DNA from: Podarcis pityusensis
Taxonomy: Eukaryota
Length of the DNA stretch: 64,000 nucleotides
Strand: one strand, 5' to 3'
Assembly (NCBI GenBank): GCA_964106645.2
Contig: OZ067046.1
Below, in pieces: positions 37,734-49,229 of the stretch. The notes beneath the pieces are model-generated. The model searched no databases. It had not been told where the DNA came from and was given only the letters and a program-made list of their open reading frames with translations. The translations under genes and the position numbers were made by a program. Each line of letters opens with the position of its first letter. The stretch's first letter is position 1.

Positions 37734-39184
37734 GTAAAGTGTGATGGTTGAGTTTTTAAAAGCTTAGAGTGTACCTCACTTGGAATAGAAGCAGCTAGAC
37801 CTTCCACAATGTACTATCCTTTGAGCTTCTGAAACATGTTATAACCAAACTGTTGGAGATAGACAACTGCATTGCACAATTAAAACTTTGTTAGCAATCT
37901 TTTTTAAAACAACAACAACACAAAGCTGCCCAATGATTATTTAATACTTGGACACTGTGGCAGTCTCCCCCAGCCTGGCACTTTCCAGATGTTTTCGATT
38001 CCTACTTGCAACATGCATGGCTGGTTGGCAGGGATTATGGGAGTTGTAGTCAAACAACACCTGGAGGGGTAGTAGATGGGAAAGGCTGCTTTGTGAATTA
38101 ATCTTAATTATAGTTGGGTTTAGAATGCACCCTGTCTTGAAGGTTCACTGAAATTAATTGTAAGGGGAACCAGAACATAGGTGTGTCTGCTAAATTTCTT
38201 AATACTTCAGATTGCCTTATAGCACTAAGTGCTGTAGTGCTCAGAACAGTGTTGTAAGAATTACTGCAATAATATAAGGTGGGTCGGTGCTCCCACATGA
38301 ATAGTGCTCTGAGTGGCTTTCCTAAGGCCACTGACATTTGATGGTTGAGATGGTATTTGGGCCAGATGCTATCTGACATGAAGCCTATCTCCATAACGAA
38401 TGTTCCACCAGTTTTCCCCACATATTTTAATTGTAGCTAACGTAACCTAGTGTTAACTCTATAGCCAAGTGTATTATTGCTTCTCTACTTGCCTGATTCG
38501 AAGAGCTCTTGCATAAAGCACAGTATCAAAAGATATCTGGATTTTTAAAAAAATAACAAGTAGGTCAGTCGGTTTAAGAAGGAGGATCCAATCGAGGGAT
38601 GATTGGACGACGCACTCAGCCCTTTATATCTGATGTTCCTATCTAGCTTTTGATATGATAGAACATCTCACTTATCCACTTTTTCTTGTGACCTTGAGGC
38701 AAGAAAAAACTTTTCTAATATGTTTGTTATCAATAACCCAGGATTAGACGCGAGAACCCTGTTAGCTGTGAAAGCCACACTGGAAATGATTGACACAACT
38801 TTCGAACCCCATTTTGCAGCTGATAGGGCAATGTGGTATAAAAAATAGTCTCCAAATTAACTTGATCAGCTAACTTGGGTTTTTGTTTAATTTGTAGCTT
38901 GCATTCTTTCCAGTTGCTTTGGTGGACATGTGTACTGGTTCTGTTTTAACTGACATGGAATAACAGGCGGGAATAAGTTGGTGACTTGGAACTTCTCAAC
39001 ATCAACAACTTTTAAAAAATACTATAATCAAAAGACCAAACTTTGTTTCAACTCTTTTTAAAAATTCAAGGTTAACCATTAAAAAGATGGGATAAATATG
39101 TGTTTGGGTATCTGTTCTTGCACTAAACAAATTTAACTCTTACATTTTCCTCTTTCTTTCTTCTATTGGTGCTTCCACTGACAG

Positions 39185-39262
39185 AAAGCAGTTTTTCCTT
39201 CTACAGAAGATATTTTAATATCCTTCTTGCCTCTGGCCCACATGTTTGAGAGAGTTGTGGAG
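39185..39262 (+). CDS. ACSL1: ACSL1 exon 11A, Phe-gate exon (KAVFPSTEDILISFLPLAHMFERVVE)
   Basis: gacag| ... |gtagga; 78 nt; gate motif D-x4-F-LPLAH-x2-E. Confidence 0.96.
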
Positions 39263-39314
39263 GTAGGAACCTGTATTTTCTATGTAACAATTAAGTAGTG
39301 TCCTCTTTTTGCAG

Positions 39315-39392
39315 AGTGGCTATATAGTGAGTGCCAGAGACACACACATTTCCTGTTTGCCTCTTGCACATGTATTTGAAAGAATTATGCAG
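39315..39392 (+). CDS. ACSL1: ACSL1 alternative exon 11B, second gate exon with Cys at the gate position (SGYIVSARDTHISCLPLAHVFERIMQ)
   Basis: tcctctttttgcag| ... CAG|gtaaga; 78 nt, same phase as 11A, no stop; motif D-x4-C-LPLAH-x2-E; 52 nt downstream of 11A. Confidence 0.9.
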
Positions 39393-40386
39393 GTAAGACT
39401 CTTTCTTTGTGGGGAAGCAATTTTTTTGTCAGCCTGTCAACAAGCAAGAAGAGCATCTAAGCCGGTATGTTGAAACGGAACAGAAAGGGGGGGGGAATAA
39501 AACTTTTTCTTTTTTTTATTACGATACTGCCTAACAACCCCCCTCCTAGAAGAACCGTCAATACAACCTATAGCAAGTGAGATGGGAAAATAAACTGTGT
39601 GGAAATAAAAATATCAACTAAAGCCTTTCTTTTTTGAAATATCTGGAAAGAAAATAAAAGGCTCTCCTGTGACGCAGTTTTTAATCGGGATGCGCCATTA
39701 TGAGACAGGCTATGCTGCAGAGATTGATAGCCACAACCCTCGGGGGGGGGGGGAGTTTGAGAAGCACCACACTGTTCTGTGTATTTTAAGTGAGATTGTC
39801 TCATCCTCTGTCTCTAATGCTTTCTGAATGCCTTCAGTGCATTCCAAAAGTTGAAACATACAGCTCTACTGTAGACCAGTGAAAAAACGTTGGTGTGCCT
39901 GCTGATCTCTTTAGCCATATGTCTCCAGGCTAATTCGTCAAGCAAGATGTGTAATTCCTACAGCATTTACCCAGCAAGAAATTCAGCGAACTTGCTGACT
40001 GAGTTAAGGATGAGATTTACCAATCTTGGTGTTAGATTGTGAGGCAGGAAACACAGTATGAACCAGACTAGTCAAAAAATTGCATGCTCATTGGTATTGG
40101 GGTGCAGAACATATTGAGGACCGTAACTTTTGTTTTAGTTGGGTGTGTGAGGCAAAAATGATAGAAATAAGTTTCTTAGACAGCACTGTTTTTCTTGGTA
40201 AAGATACTTGGTCAGAGTCTAGCTATGGCTAAGCAGTTAAACCTGTGATATGCCAGAAGAGTGCAAAGAATGCTTTAAACTACACTTAGAAAATATGCAG
40301 AATGTCCCTAATTTTTAACTTGGGCAAATCTACTTGTCCAGCCAGGTGGGTTTGGTTTTAATAATCTATATGGTCTCATTCAACAG

Positions 40387-40521
40387 TGCGTGATTCTCTG
40401 TCATGGAGCTCGGATAGGATTTTTCCAGGGAGACATCAGGCTACTTATGGATGACTTAAAAACTTTGCAGCCTACAGTGTTTCCAGTTGTGCCAAGACTG
40501 CTGAACAGAATGTTTGATAAA
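40387..40521 (+). CDS. ACSL1: ACSL1 exon 12 (CVILCHGARIGFFQGD...PRLLNRMFDK)
   Basis: caacag| ... |gtaagt; 135 nt. Confidence 0.97.
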
Positions 40522-40750
40522 GTAAGTCCACGAGCAATCGAATCCAGTCCGTGCTTTCCTTCTCACTCCCCTTACAAGTTCAGAAGAGCACACTTTGCAG
40601 CTTAGTGAACCTGCCCGTAGCCATCAGGGCGGACATCGCAAGCAAAGTTGCCTCTAGGATTTGCTCGGTGAACCGGTATCAATAAGCCAGTAAATGACCC
40701 GTGCAATTTTTTGCTGCAAACATAATAAAAAAAATGGTCTCTCTTCTCAG

Positions 40751-40885
40751 ATCTTTGGCCAAGCAAATACTTCATTTAAGCGGTGGATATTGGATTTTGC
40801 TTCCAAGAGGAAAGAAGCAGAACTTAGAAGTGGCATAATTAGAAATAACAGCCTGTGGGATAAAATGATTTTCCGTAAAATACAG
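40751..40885 (+). CDS. ACSL1: ACSL1 exon 13 (IFGQANTSFKRW...IFRKIQ)
   Basis: ttctcag| ... |gtaact; 135 nt. Confidence 0.97.
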
Positions 40886-41455
40886 GTAACTATACCCCTG
40901 CATTTTAAAAAATGAAAATAGTGTGCTCACTGGAGGGGGGCAGAAGCAATTGGGTTACAAGTACACCCTGCATGGCAGAAACATCCACTTTCAAGAGGAT
41001 GGCTTCAAACAATCCCAATAAAGAGCCTTCCTCTTTTCCTGGCATAGAATTGCCAAATGGGGCCCACTTACACATTAATTTATTATGCAGTCATCCTGCC
41101 CTCAGCTCCTTTGGAAGGAAGGGCAGGATATACTTCTAATAAATGAATTAAATAAATGAAAATTGCCTTCTACTGTACATGCTTGGTTTTAGAATGGCCA
41201 CTGATCTTCATTGCTGTGTCGTGGAACAATTCCAAATGGTGAATTAACAAGGCAGCCAGTGGTACAGTGAATACTGTTCTAAGGAATAATCTCTTTATTC
41301 ACTTAACTCACATGTACATAGAAACCATCAATGGGATTTGCACATTTGAGCCACATTGAGATGTATATCCAAGTGCCACTCACCATAGCTTTTTCCTGGA
41401 TGCTACTGTTGGAATGAAAATAATTGTGGACACTTCTCCCCCCCTCTCTTTTCAG

Positions 41456-41551
41456 GCAAATCTGGGAGGAAAAGTCAGGCTAATGATAACAGGAGCAGCT
41501 CCTGTTTCTGCCAATGTACTGACCTTCCTACGAGCAGCTCTTGGTTGTCAG
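41456..41551 (+). CDS. ACSL1: ACSL1 exon 14 (ANLGGKVRLMITGAAPVS...ALGCQ)
   Basis: ttttcag| ... |gtgagt; 96 nt. Confidence 0.97.
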
Positions 41552-42424
41552 GTGAGTTTGGACTGTGACTGAACTGTAAATCTGCTCTACTTGTTATTTC
41601 GTAAGTTTCCTTAAAGCATTTTATTTTATTTTTTGTCAAGAGTATAAACGCCATACTTTCCTCATAGTGTTAAAGTATAACCAAAAAGAGTAGAATCTGA
41701 GTAGGAGAGAAGCTGATGTGCAAGTTGTCTCACTCTAAGGATGTATTTGGGGAGTGGGATCACTTCTAGTAACATGTCATTAGATGCCCCGCTAACAAAA
41801 ACTAGCTCTCTTTTTGATAGCACGGTATTTCCATGAAGTGGATAGTAGTCCATGAAAACTTACGCCATAATAAATTGGTTTGTCGTAAGGTGACACAAGG
41901 CCACTTGTTGATTTTGCTGCAACAGACTTACATGCCTGTCCTTCTGAAAGCATTATGCCCATGAGTGGAAATCTCCCATTCCCAATGCACACTTAAAAGA
42001 GAGAGATGTGCTTCCACAATTCAGTGTGTTTGGCCTTTAGGTATAATGTTAGGCCAGGGGCTGGATGCTAATGTTTATTATTAAAACTGCAAGAATGTAT
42101 TTCAGAAAACGCTCCAAATTGAAAGCAGATGGGATTTTGTTCAAATGTTCTAACAAAAGCTATGAGACTTGTGATTACTCACTAAAGACAGTTCTGTAGG
42201 AATGATTGTATATGTTGGAATTCTTACTGAAAATATTTGTAGTGCAGGAGGGTAGAGAGACCATGGATGGCTTAGCAAAAATGAATCCTACATTCATACA
42301 GGGTTTTTGTAAAAGCTTAGCCTGCATATTGCCTACAGTTCTGTTTTTTTGTGTTAAAGGAACAACAGAATAGGAGAGGGGCTATAAAAGCTCCAATGGC
42401 TAATTTCTATACTCTGTTTAACAG

Positions 42425-42497
42425 TTTTATGAAGGCTATGGACAGACAGAATGCACAGCTGGATGCTCCCTAACAGTACCTGGTGACTGGACCGCTG
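42425..42497 (+). CDS. ACSL1: ACSL1 exon 15 (FYEGYGQTECTAGCSLTVPGDWTA)
   Basis: aacag| ... |gtaggg; 73 nt; adenylation motif YGQTE. Confidence 0.97.
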
Positions 42498-42819
42498 GTA
42501 GGGCTTCTGTGTTCTTTCTTGAAACGTTGTTAAAAAGATGGCATGGTAACTCAAGCATGAAGTGAGCCTTCCAAAGAAGTTTATGGATTGTTAGTGCAAG
42601 GAAAGGAAAATTGTATTGCTTCCAGTAGTGGTCCACATACATGGTGTTCTGGAAATAAAGGGAGTCTTGCTGTTCTGCTCTGTGCAATCCCACAGAGGGT
42701 GGAGCTTTTCAATTTGCATTTCATTTCCATATTAGACTGGAATTGATAGTATATTCCATATATCTGGTGGAGATTGGCTGTGGAAGTTCATGATAGCAGA
42801 ACCAGCTATCTTCATATTA

Positions 42820-43450
42820 CACCGTTCCTTGCTTGACTACATTGGCTGCCAATTAGTTTCCAGGCCCAGTTCAAAGTATTGTTTTTGACCTATAAAGCCT
42901 TAAATGGCTCAGGACCACAATACCTCAAGGACCACATCTCTCCATATGAACCTAACCCAGGCTTCCTCACCCTGGCCCTCCAGATGTTTTTGGCCTACAA
43001 CTCCCATGATCCCTAGCTAGCAGGACCAGTGGTCAGAGATGATGGGAATTGTAGTCTCAAAACATCTGGAGGGCCAAGGCTGAGGAAGCCTACCCAGACC
43101 CTGAGATCATCCTCTGAGGTCCTTCTTCGTATGCCGCCTCCTTGAGAGGTCCTGAGGGTAGCAATGCGAGAAAAGGCCTTTTCTGCAGTGACTCCCTGTT
43201 AGTGGAGTGCTCTCCCCGAGGAGGTTCGGCTGGTGCCTTCATGATACACTTTTAGGCCCCAGACCTTTGGCTGATTAACATCCTATTCCTTTTAAAATGT
43301 GTTTGTGGGAAGGGGAGGGGTTTTATTTATTTGTTGTTTTTGTCCTTGTTTTCCAATGTATTTTGTGTTTTTCAAATCTTATATATTTATGTTTTTAACC
43401 ACTCTGAGATCTACGGATGAAGTGCAGTATACTAATTTAATAAACAAAAT
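42820..43450 (+). mobile_element. L2 LINE 3' fragment interrupted by a hairpin MITE (42958-43092)
   Basis: LHWLPISFQAQFKVLFLTYKALNGSGPQYLKD; insert with TIRs AGGCTTCCTCA / TGAGGAAGCCT. Confidence 0.8.
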
Positions 43451-44016
43451 AAAAATAAAAATTACGCACTAAGTGCCAGCTTGCCTGGCTGCACTTGAAC
43501 TCAAGTCGGGTTCCCACTGGTTATTTTGATAAGACCAGACGAACACAGTAGCTAATCACAGATCTAGCTACTTTAATGAAAGTAAGCCTTGGATGCAAAT
43601 GCATACATGGAAAGCCCTGTGTAACGCAAATAAGGCATTGTGGTAACAAAGCACTGGGCATTACATACAGATACAGCAATGCCATCACTGAAGCAATACC
43701 ATACACTGCAGTTTCCAGTGTATCATTTAAGTCACATGGATCTCTCTCTATAGTCAATGACCATGAGCAAATTTGGTATGTATGAGTTGACTCTAGAAGA
43801 GTTTGTTTTGATCAATGTGATGGCTGGGAGCCTTAATACAACTTTAAAAAGTTGAGGTCAAAGTACCCTTTGAAACATTCAAAACTCAGGCTTGGGACCA
43901 TGAGAAAACAATAAAGACTGCAGTCTGAATGACACCACTTCTGCTTATGTAGAGCTACAGTTATAAAGTGAGTACTATTGCCACATGCTTAAAGACATTA
44001 TTTATCCAACAAATAG

Positions 44017-44105
44017 GTCACGTTGGTGCCCCAATGCCTTGCAACATTTTAAAGCTTGTTGACGTTGAAGAAATGAATTATTTTGCTGCCAAAGGAGAGG
44101 GTGAG
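44017..44105 (+). CDS. ACSL1: ACSL1 exon 16 (GHVGAPMPCN...AKGEGE)
   Basis: aatag| ... |gtaagt; 89 nt. Confidence 0.96.
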
Positions 44106-44453
44106 GTAAGTAGCACTCTAAATCCAAGGAATGGACCTATGCCAGGAGTCCTCCATCTCAAATTGTACCCATTGTTTAAAAATAAATACTATCTATATCC
44201 AAAGAAACCATAAAAAACCTCATTCAGTTTAATGACCTCGGATTGTGATCTCGATCAACACAGTTTGTCATACAGAGACAAATGCTCTGGTAATGTCACT
44301 AAAGCATGAGATTAGAGAGAATCGCTCTTGAGTGAGATGCACTGGCTACAGTAAATGAGCTTTATTCCCACTCCATCCTAACACTGAAACACTTAATAGG
44401 AGAAACCTGTCCTGCAGATTTTTTTACAGAGCATGTGTTCCATTCTATTTCAG

Positions 44454-44570
44454 GTTTGCGTAAAAGGGCCAAATGTGTTCCTAGGCTATCTGAAGGAACC
44501 TGAAAAGACTGCAGAAGTTCTTGACAAAGATGGCTGGGTACACACCGGAGATATCGGGAAATGGTTACCA
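44454..44570 (+). CDS. ACSL1: ACSL1 exon 17 ([16 protein letters not shown]...[13 protein letters not shown])
   Basis: tttcag| ... |gtaagt; 117 nt; start of the FACS signature. Confidence 0.97.
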
Positions 44571-44914
44571 GTAAGTAAACCAGTGAATCGATCATTTTGA
44601 GACATAAGAACAAATATCAAGATGGCTTGCCATTGCTTTAATTCCACAGATAGAGATGTCCAGACTTTCCATTGCCCTACATATCTTTCCTCTTTGCATT
44701 CTCTTTTTGAACTTCACAAACATGTTTTATCCTCCTTTAAGAGTGTTTCAGGTTAGAATGGGAAAGAAAGGTACCAGAGGGCTGCTTCAGTCCTTTAATC
44801 AGAAACCAATTAAAATGCAAAAATTAATGCAAGTTAGTAAGAATGATGGATTGCTAATCCTACTCAGAGTAGACCCATTGAAGTTAATGGACACAACTAA
44901 TGTAGTCCATTGAT

Positions 44915-45298
44915 GCTTTTGAATTGATGCTTTTCAATTATGGTGCTGGAGGAGACTCTTGAGAGTCCCATGGACTGCAAGAAAATCAAACCTCTCCATT
45001 CTTAAGGAAATCAGCCCTGAGTGCTCACTGGAAAGACAGATCCTGAAGGTGAGACTCCAATACTTTGGCCACCTCGTGAGAAGAGAAGACTCCCTGGAAA
45101 AGACCCTGATGTTGGGAAAGATGGAGGGCACAAGGAGACGGGGACGACAGAGGACGAGATGGTTGGACAGTGTTCTTGAAGCTACCAGCATGAGTTTGAC
45201 CAAACTGCGGGAGGCAGTGGAAGACAGGAGTGCCTGGCGTGCTCTGGTCCATGGGGTCACAAAGAGTCAGACACGACTAAACGACTAAACAACAACAC
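44915..45298 (+). mobile_element. Bov-B (RTE LINE) 3' fragment in ACSL1 intron 17
   Basis: WCWRRLLRVPWTARKSNLSILKEISPECSLE...; (AAC) tail; 16-bp TSD AATGTAG(T/G)CCATTGAT 44899-44914 / 45299-45314. Confidence 0.93.
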
Positions 45299-46559
45299 AA
45301 TGTAGGCCATTGATTTTTATGGGTCTGCTCCAAGTAGGACTTAGTGGAAAACAACCCAATGTTCTCTTAAGCTTCACTCACAAAAAAAAGTCTGTGTGAT
45401 TTGATGCAGCATCATACTTCTAAGCCTTTAGAAGTAACTTAAGCATGTCCGTGTCTGCATGTGTAGATCAAATTGCTGTTGTACAAGTGTCATCAAGATG
45501 GCAAGCCAAAGCACTGAATAATATGAAGTTAATTACAAAAAACAACAACCCAAGTTAATGACAGAAACAGCATTCAGACTGGAGTAGTGACTACTTGGTT
45601 TAATCCTACAAGGGATGGAAAAGAGGGAAATAGTAAAATAAAGGGAACAGCAACAGATGCCAGAAATGTGAAGCTTCTAATTAGACAAGAGGAATCTGAG
45701 AATAAACAACACTGGTGACAGCAATGCACATTCTAGAGACTATGTCCCTTTTTTAATACTGAACTAGTTTCATTCTGACTTGAACGCAGACCGTTTCTTC
45801 CAGCTACTATAATTAACTTAAGGGTCAGTCAACACCACCATCAGGATTGTGATGTAGAAGCTGGCCTTTCAGTGGAGTTAAGACAATGCAAATTTCATAT
45901 TACCACAATTACTACATTTCTTTATGTTGGCATGCCATCTGCAGCTGTTAGACAACTAGTAGAAAGGCCCAGCTGTGGATCGATATATCAACAACATGAG
46001 GAATGGATGAATGTGTCCATGGATTTAGCAGTGCAACCCTCTGATTACCTGCGACCTGTGGGGGCAGGAAGAGGTGGATCAGTCAAAGCAACTGCACCTC
46101 CAGGAGGTCCCAACTGCTACAGTGGATAAACTGCAGCAAATTGTTGTAATAGAGTGTGCTGCCACCAGAACACAGCTGCACAGTATACCTGAAAGGGTTC
46201 AAACTGCAAAGCTAAGTTGCATAGTATCTCTCCTGGGATACCAACCTTAATACATAGAATGCCAGGCATTTCAGACTCTTCCCCAAGACAGATGATTAAG
46301 CAGCCCAGAACATTTAGTACCCAGCCAACAAATGGAGGAGGGCGACAATATACCACTGCAGTAGCTGAGGCCTCTTTACCAGGAGAACCCGGGAATGCGT
46401 TCTAAATAGTCTGAGGCATTCATCCCATCACCGTTGACAAAGTTGGGACAGTGTATTATGCAATGAATGTAAATGAATGAATCTTTGATTGATTTATTTG
46501 ACACTTGTAACATGCTCATAACTGATACATTAGAACTGTTTGTTCTAATGTAGGCATAA

Positions 46560-46562
<3 letters not shown>

Positions 46563-46604
<42 letters not shown>
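46563..46604. repeat. (AG)n microsatellite
   Basis: Read directly. Confidence 0.95.
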
Positions 46605-46605
<1 letters not shown>

Positions 46606-46780
46606 TCTAGTTGTTCCAGATGATTCAAAGATAATGAGCAAGGTCAAATGCTACTGTGAACTATTCCTTCTATTGAGTCTTCTGCTAGCACTTGTGTTAT
46701 TGTTCATGGAGCAATGTGGTCCTGAATTCATTACGTGAACAGTTTTTAGGAGTAAGCTAACTATTATTATTGTGTTACAG

Positions 46781-46924
46781 AATGGTACACTGAAGATAAT
46801 TGACAGGAAAAAACATATATTCAAACTTGCACAAGGAGAATATATTGCACCAGAAAAAATAGAGAATGTTTATATGAGGAGTGAGCCTGTTGCCCAGATA
46901 TTTGTCTATGGTGAAAGTTTGCAG
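46781..46924 (+). CDS. ACSL1: ACSL1 exon 18 ([31 protein letters not shown]...GESLQ)
   Basis: ttacag| ... |gtatgt; 144 nt. Confidence 0.97.
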
Positions 46925-47618
46925 GTATGTTTACCGTAAATGTCTATTAGAAATAGCCTTCTAAATGGAGCATATAAGCATAATTTTTTTAGTTGTTAGT
47001 GGATTTTATTTACAATTAGATAAAATGCTTACTTCTGGACAGGTTAGACTAGCAAAGAGCTGTTTGTAAAATATAAAAAGTGATATTGCTTATTTGGGAA
47101 AAGCCTATTTTTAAAAAGATATTTATTTCTGTGGTAGTACTAATGTGTACATTTAGGCTACCTGATACAAGCCAGGCTTGATGAATGTCTAATCTATGCC
47201 GGGAAACATTCTTCCATAAATGCTGAGTCTTAAATGTGAAGTCCTTAGAATTTTAGGGCAGATTTATTTAAATATTTACATCCCATTTTCAAACCTGCAA
47301 TGAGACCTTTAAGAAGGGCAACCTAATTTGAGACCATCATAATGAGCTAAAAATGATGACCCAAACCTAATAACTCAGCACCAAGATTTAAACCTGCTGG
47401 AATAAAAATATTATGTTTTGTCATTGAAAGGCCATTCAAATCTCTTCATAGTGTCTTCTCCTACCTGCAGTGATGCAACAAACCCCTCAATAGCATTGAC
47501 AATAGCATAGCTTGCTACCTGACTGTACTTTGCGGGGTGGGGTGGGGGGTTCTCAGAGAAACTTCTAAAATGAATTGTCAGTGGGCAGCTTCTAACATGC
47601 TCCCTTACTTCTACTTAG

Positions 47619-47720
47619 GCTTTCCTAATAGGAATTGTAGTACCAGATCCAGATGTTTTGTGTAGCTGGGCCAAGAAAAAAGGACTGGGAGGCACCTATG
47701 AAGAACTATGCAGGAGCAAG
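47619..47720 (+). CDS. ACSL1: ACSL1 exon 19 (AFLIGIVVPDPD...EELCRSK)
   Basis: cttag| ... |gtaagg; 102 nt. Confidence 0.96.
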
Positions 47721-48234
47721 GTAAGGGATTGGATCTGTGATTTAGAGAAGTCTATTCTTCCCACCCTTTTCATAAGCTTCATCCAGGCATCCATTCTGCT
47801 CCTGAGACCACAGCGTGGCAGGTGAACGGGGGTTACACCTGCTAGCCTCATCACAATGTCTACACATCATCGCAGTCTGCTTTTGTGCTCTGGCTAGCAT
47901 TGCCTAGAGGGTTGACTAGGAGTCAATGTGGCCCTCAGTCCACAAAAGCTTAACCACCTCTGGTCTAAAGGATGTGGTGACTCTACTCATATGTTTCCCT
48001 CAAGCAACTGAGAGTCCTGGATTACTGAAACATTCAGTCTCATGGGGGAGCCTATGCATGTACAGCTAGCTCCTCCCTTTTAGATCTTCAATGAACACAT
48101 GCAGGTGAGGGGTGGATAAAGGTAGATAAATATCCACAATAAAACGTGCACTTTTGATAGGTGGTCCACAAATAGTTCAGAAATACTTTCTTTCAGTATT
48201 GCTTTATAACTCTTATTATTCTGAATCCGAATAG

Positions 48235-48306
48235 GACATCAAAAAATATATTCTGGAAGACCTGTTGAAAGTTGGGAAAGAGTTTGGCTTGAAGTCTTTT
48301 GAACAG
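48235..48306 (+). CDS. ACSL1: ACSL1 exon 20 (DIKKYILEDLLKVGKEFGLKSFEQ)
   Basis: aatag| ... |gtgagt; 72 nt. Confidence 0.96.
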
Positions 48307-49088
48307 GTGAGTATCTCTTTGAAGTTTCAACTATAATATTTGTACTTTGATTTCAAATTAAACTGCTTTATTTGCATAGTTTTGCAGCTGGAAACTTTAA
48401 CTGGTTCATTATTGAATCAAAGCTCTAATTTTAGAACAGACCTGAATCTGTGGGGCTGATTTTTGAGAATACATCTTAATTTCATCCCACTTTTACTGCA
48501 ATAGGGAACAGAATAGAGGTGTCTTTCTCTTTCCCTTTTGAGTGTCAGTTATGTAATTTTATCAGGAAATAAATGACAAAATAAACCTAATGCTGCAAGC
48601 AAGTAATGAAAGCAGTTTTAAGATAAAAAGTTTAAAATATAAATTGACAAAATGTAACCAATAGAATATGCCTAGCACTGTGTTTGTGTGTGTATCAATA
48701 ATAAACCAAATGCTGTAATGTACAAATAGTAATAAATTCAAAGAAAATGCTATAATAACTGGATGTGTTTCAACCCAAGTGATCATCTTCAGTGGTACCA
48801 CAAAATATTACAAAAATTTCAGCCTCATCAACCAGCATGCTTGTGAACAATATAAAATAATCTGCTAGGCGTATTTTATTGGTTTATTTTTTATTTTCTA
48901 ACTTTTCCTTTAGTTTTCATTGTTAAATCCTACTTTGCAGAGTTATACTGCTGAGTATTCCTAACATAAATCACTTAGAACAAACTGTTCTGAACATTAT
49001 CTCATATATTCCAAAATGCCAATTTTGCTGTTAATACTAGTTAATGAAAAAAGTATGCAAAATCTGACTTCCTGTCTTATCTTTCCAG

Positions 49089-49229
49089 GTCAAAGGCATT
49101 ACCCTTCACCCTGAAATGTTCTCTGTCGAGAATGGCCTGCTAACGCCAACATTAAAGGCAAAGAGACCAGAGCTACGCAAATACTTCAAGTCCCAGATAG
49201 AAGAACTCTATGCCAATATACAGATGTAA
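49089..49229 (+). CDS. ACSL1: ACSL1 exon 21 coding part (VKGITLHPEMFSVENGLLTPTLKAKRPELR...IQM*)
   Basis: tttccag|; LTPTLK catalytic-lysine motif; TAA 49227-49229. Confidence 0.97.
   Translation, partial: VKGITLHPEMFSVENGLLTPTLKAKRPELRKYFKSQIEELYANIQM

Noticed and set aside
39838-39928. Possible third degenerate gate exon (ccttcag| ... CTGATCTCTTTAGCCATATGT)
   Set aside because: In-frame TGA after 14 codons, no fitting donor, and similarity limited to a few bases.
45850-46450. Intron 17 segment with short ORFs on both strands (possible viral or pseudogene relic)
   Set aside because: Hand translation of the frames I checked gave multiple stops and no recognisable motif; a BLASTx search would be needed.
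19949-49229. Assignment as ACSL5 or ACSL6
   Set aside because: The N-terminus, 698-aa length and adjacent CENPU all fit ACSL1.
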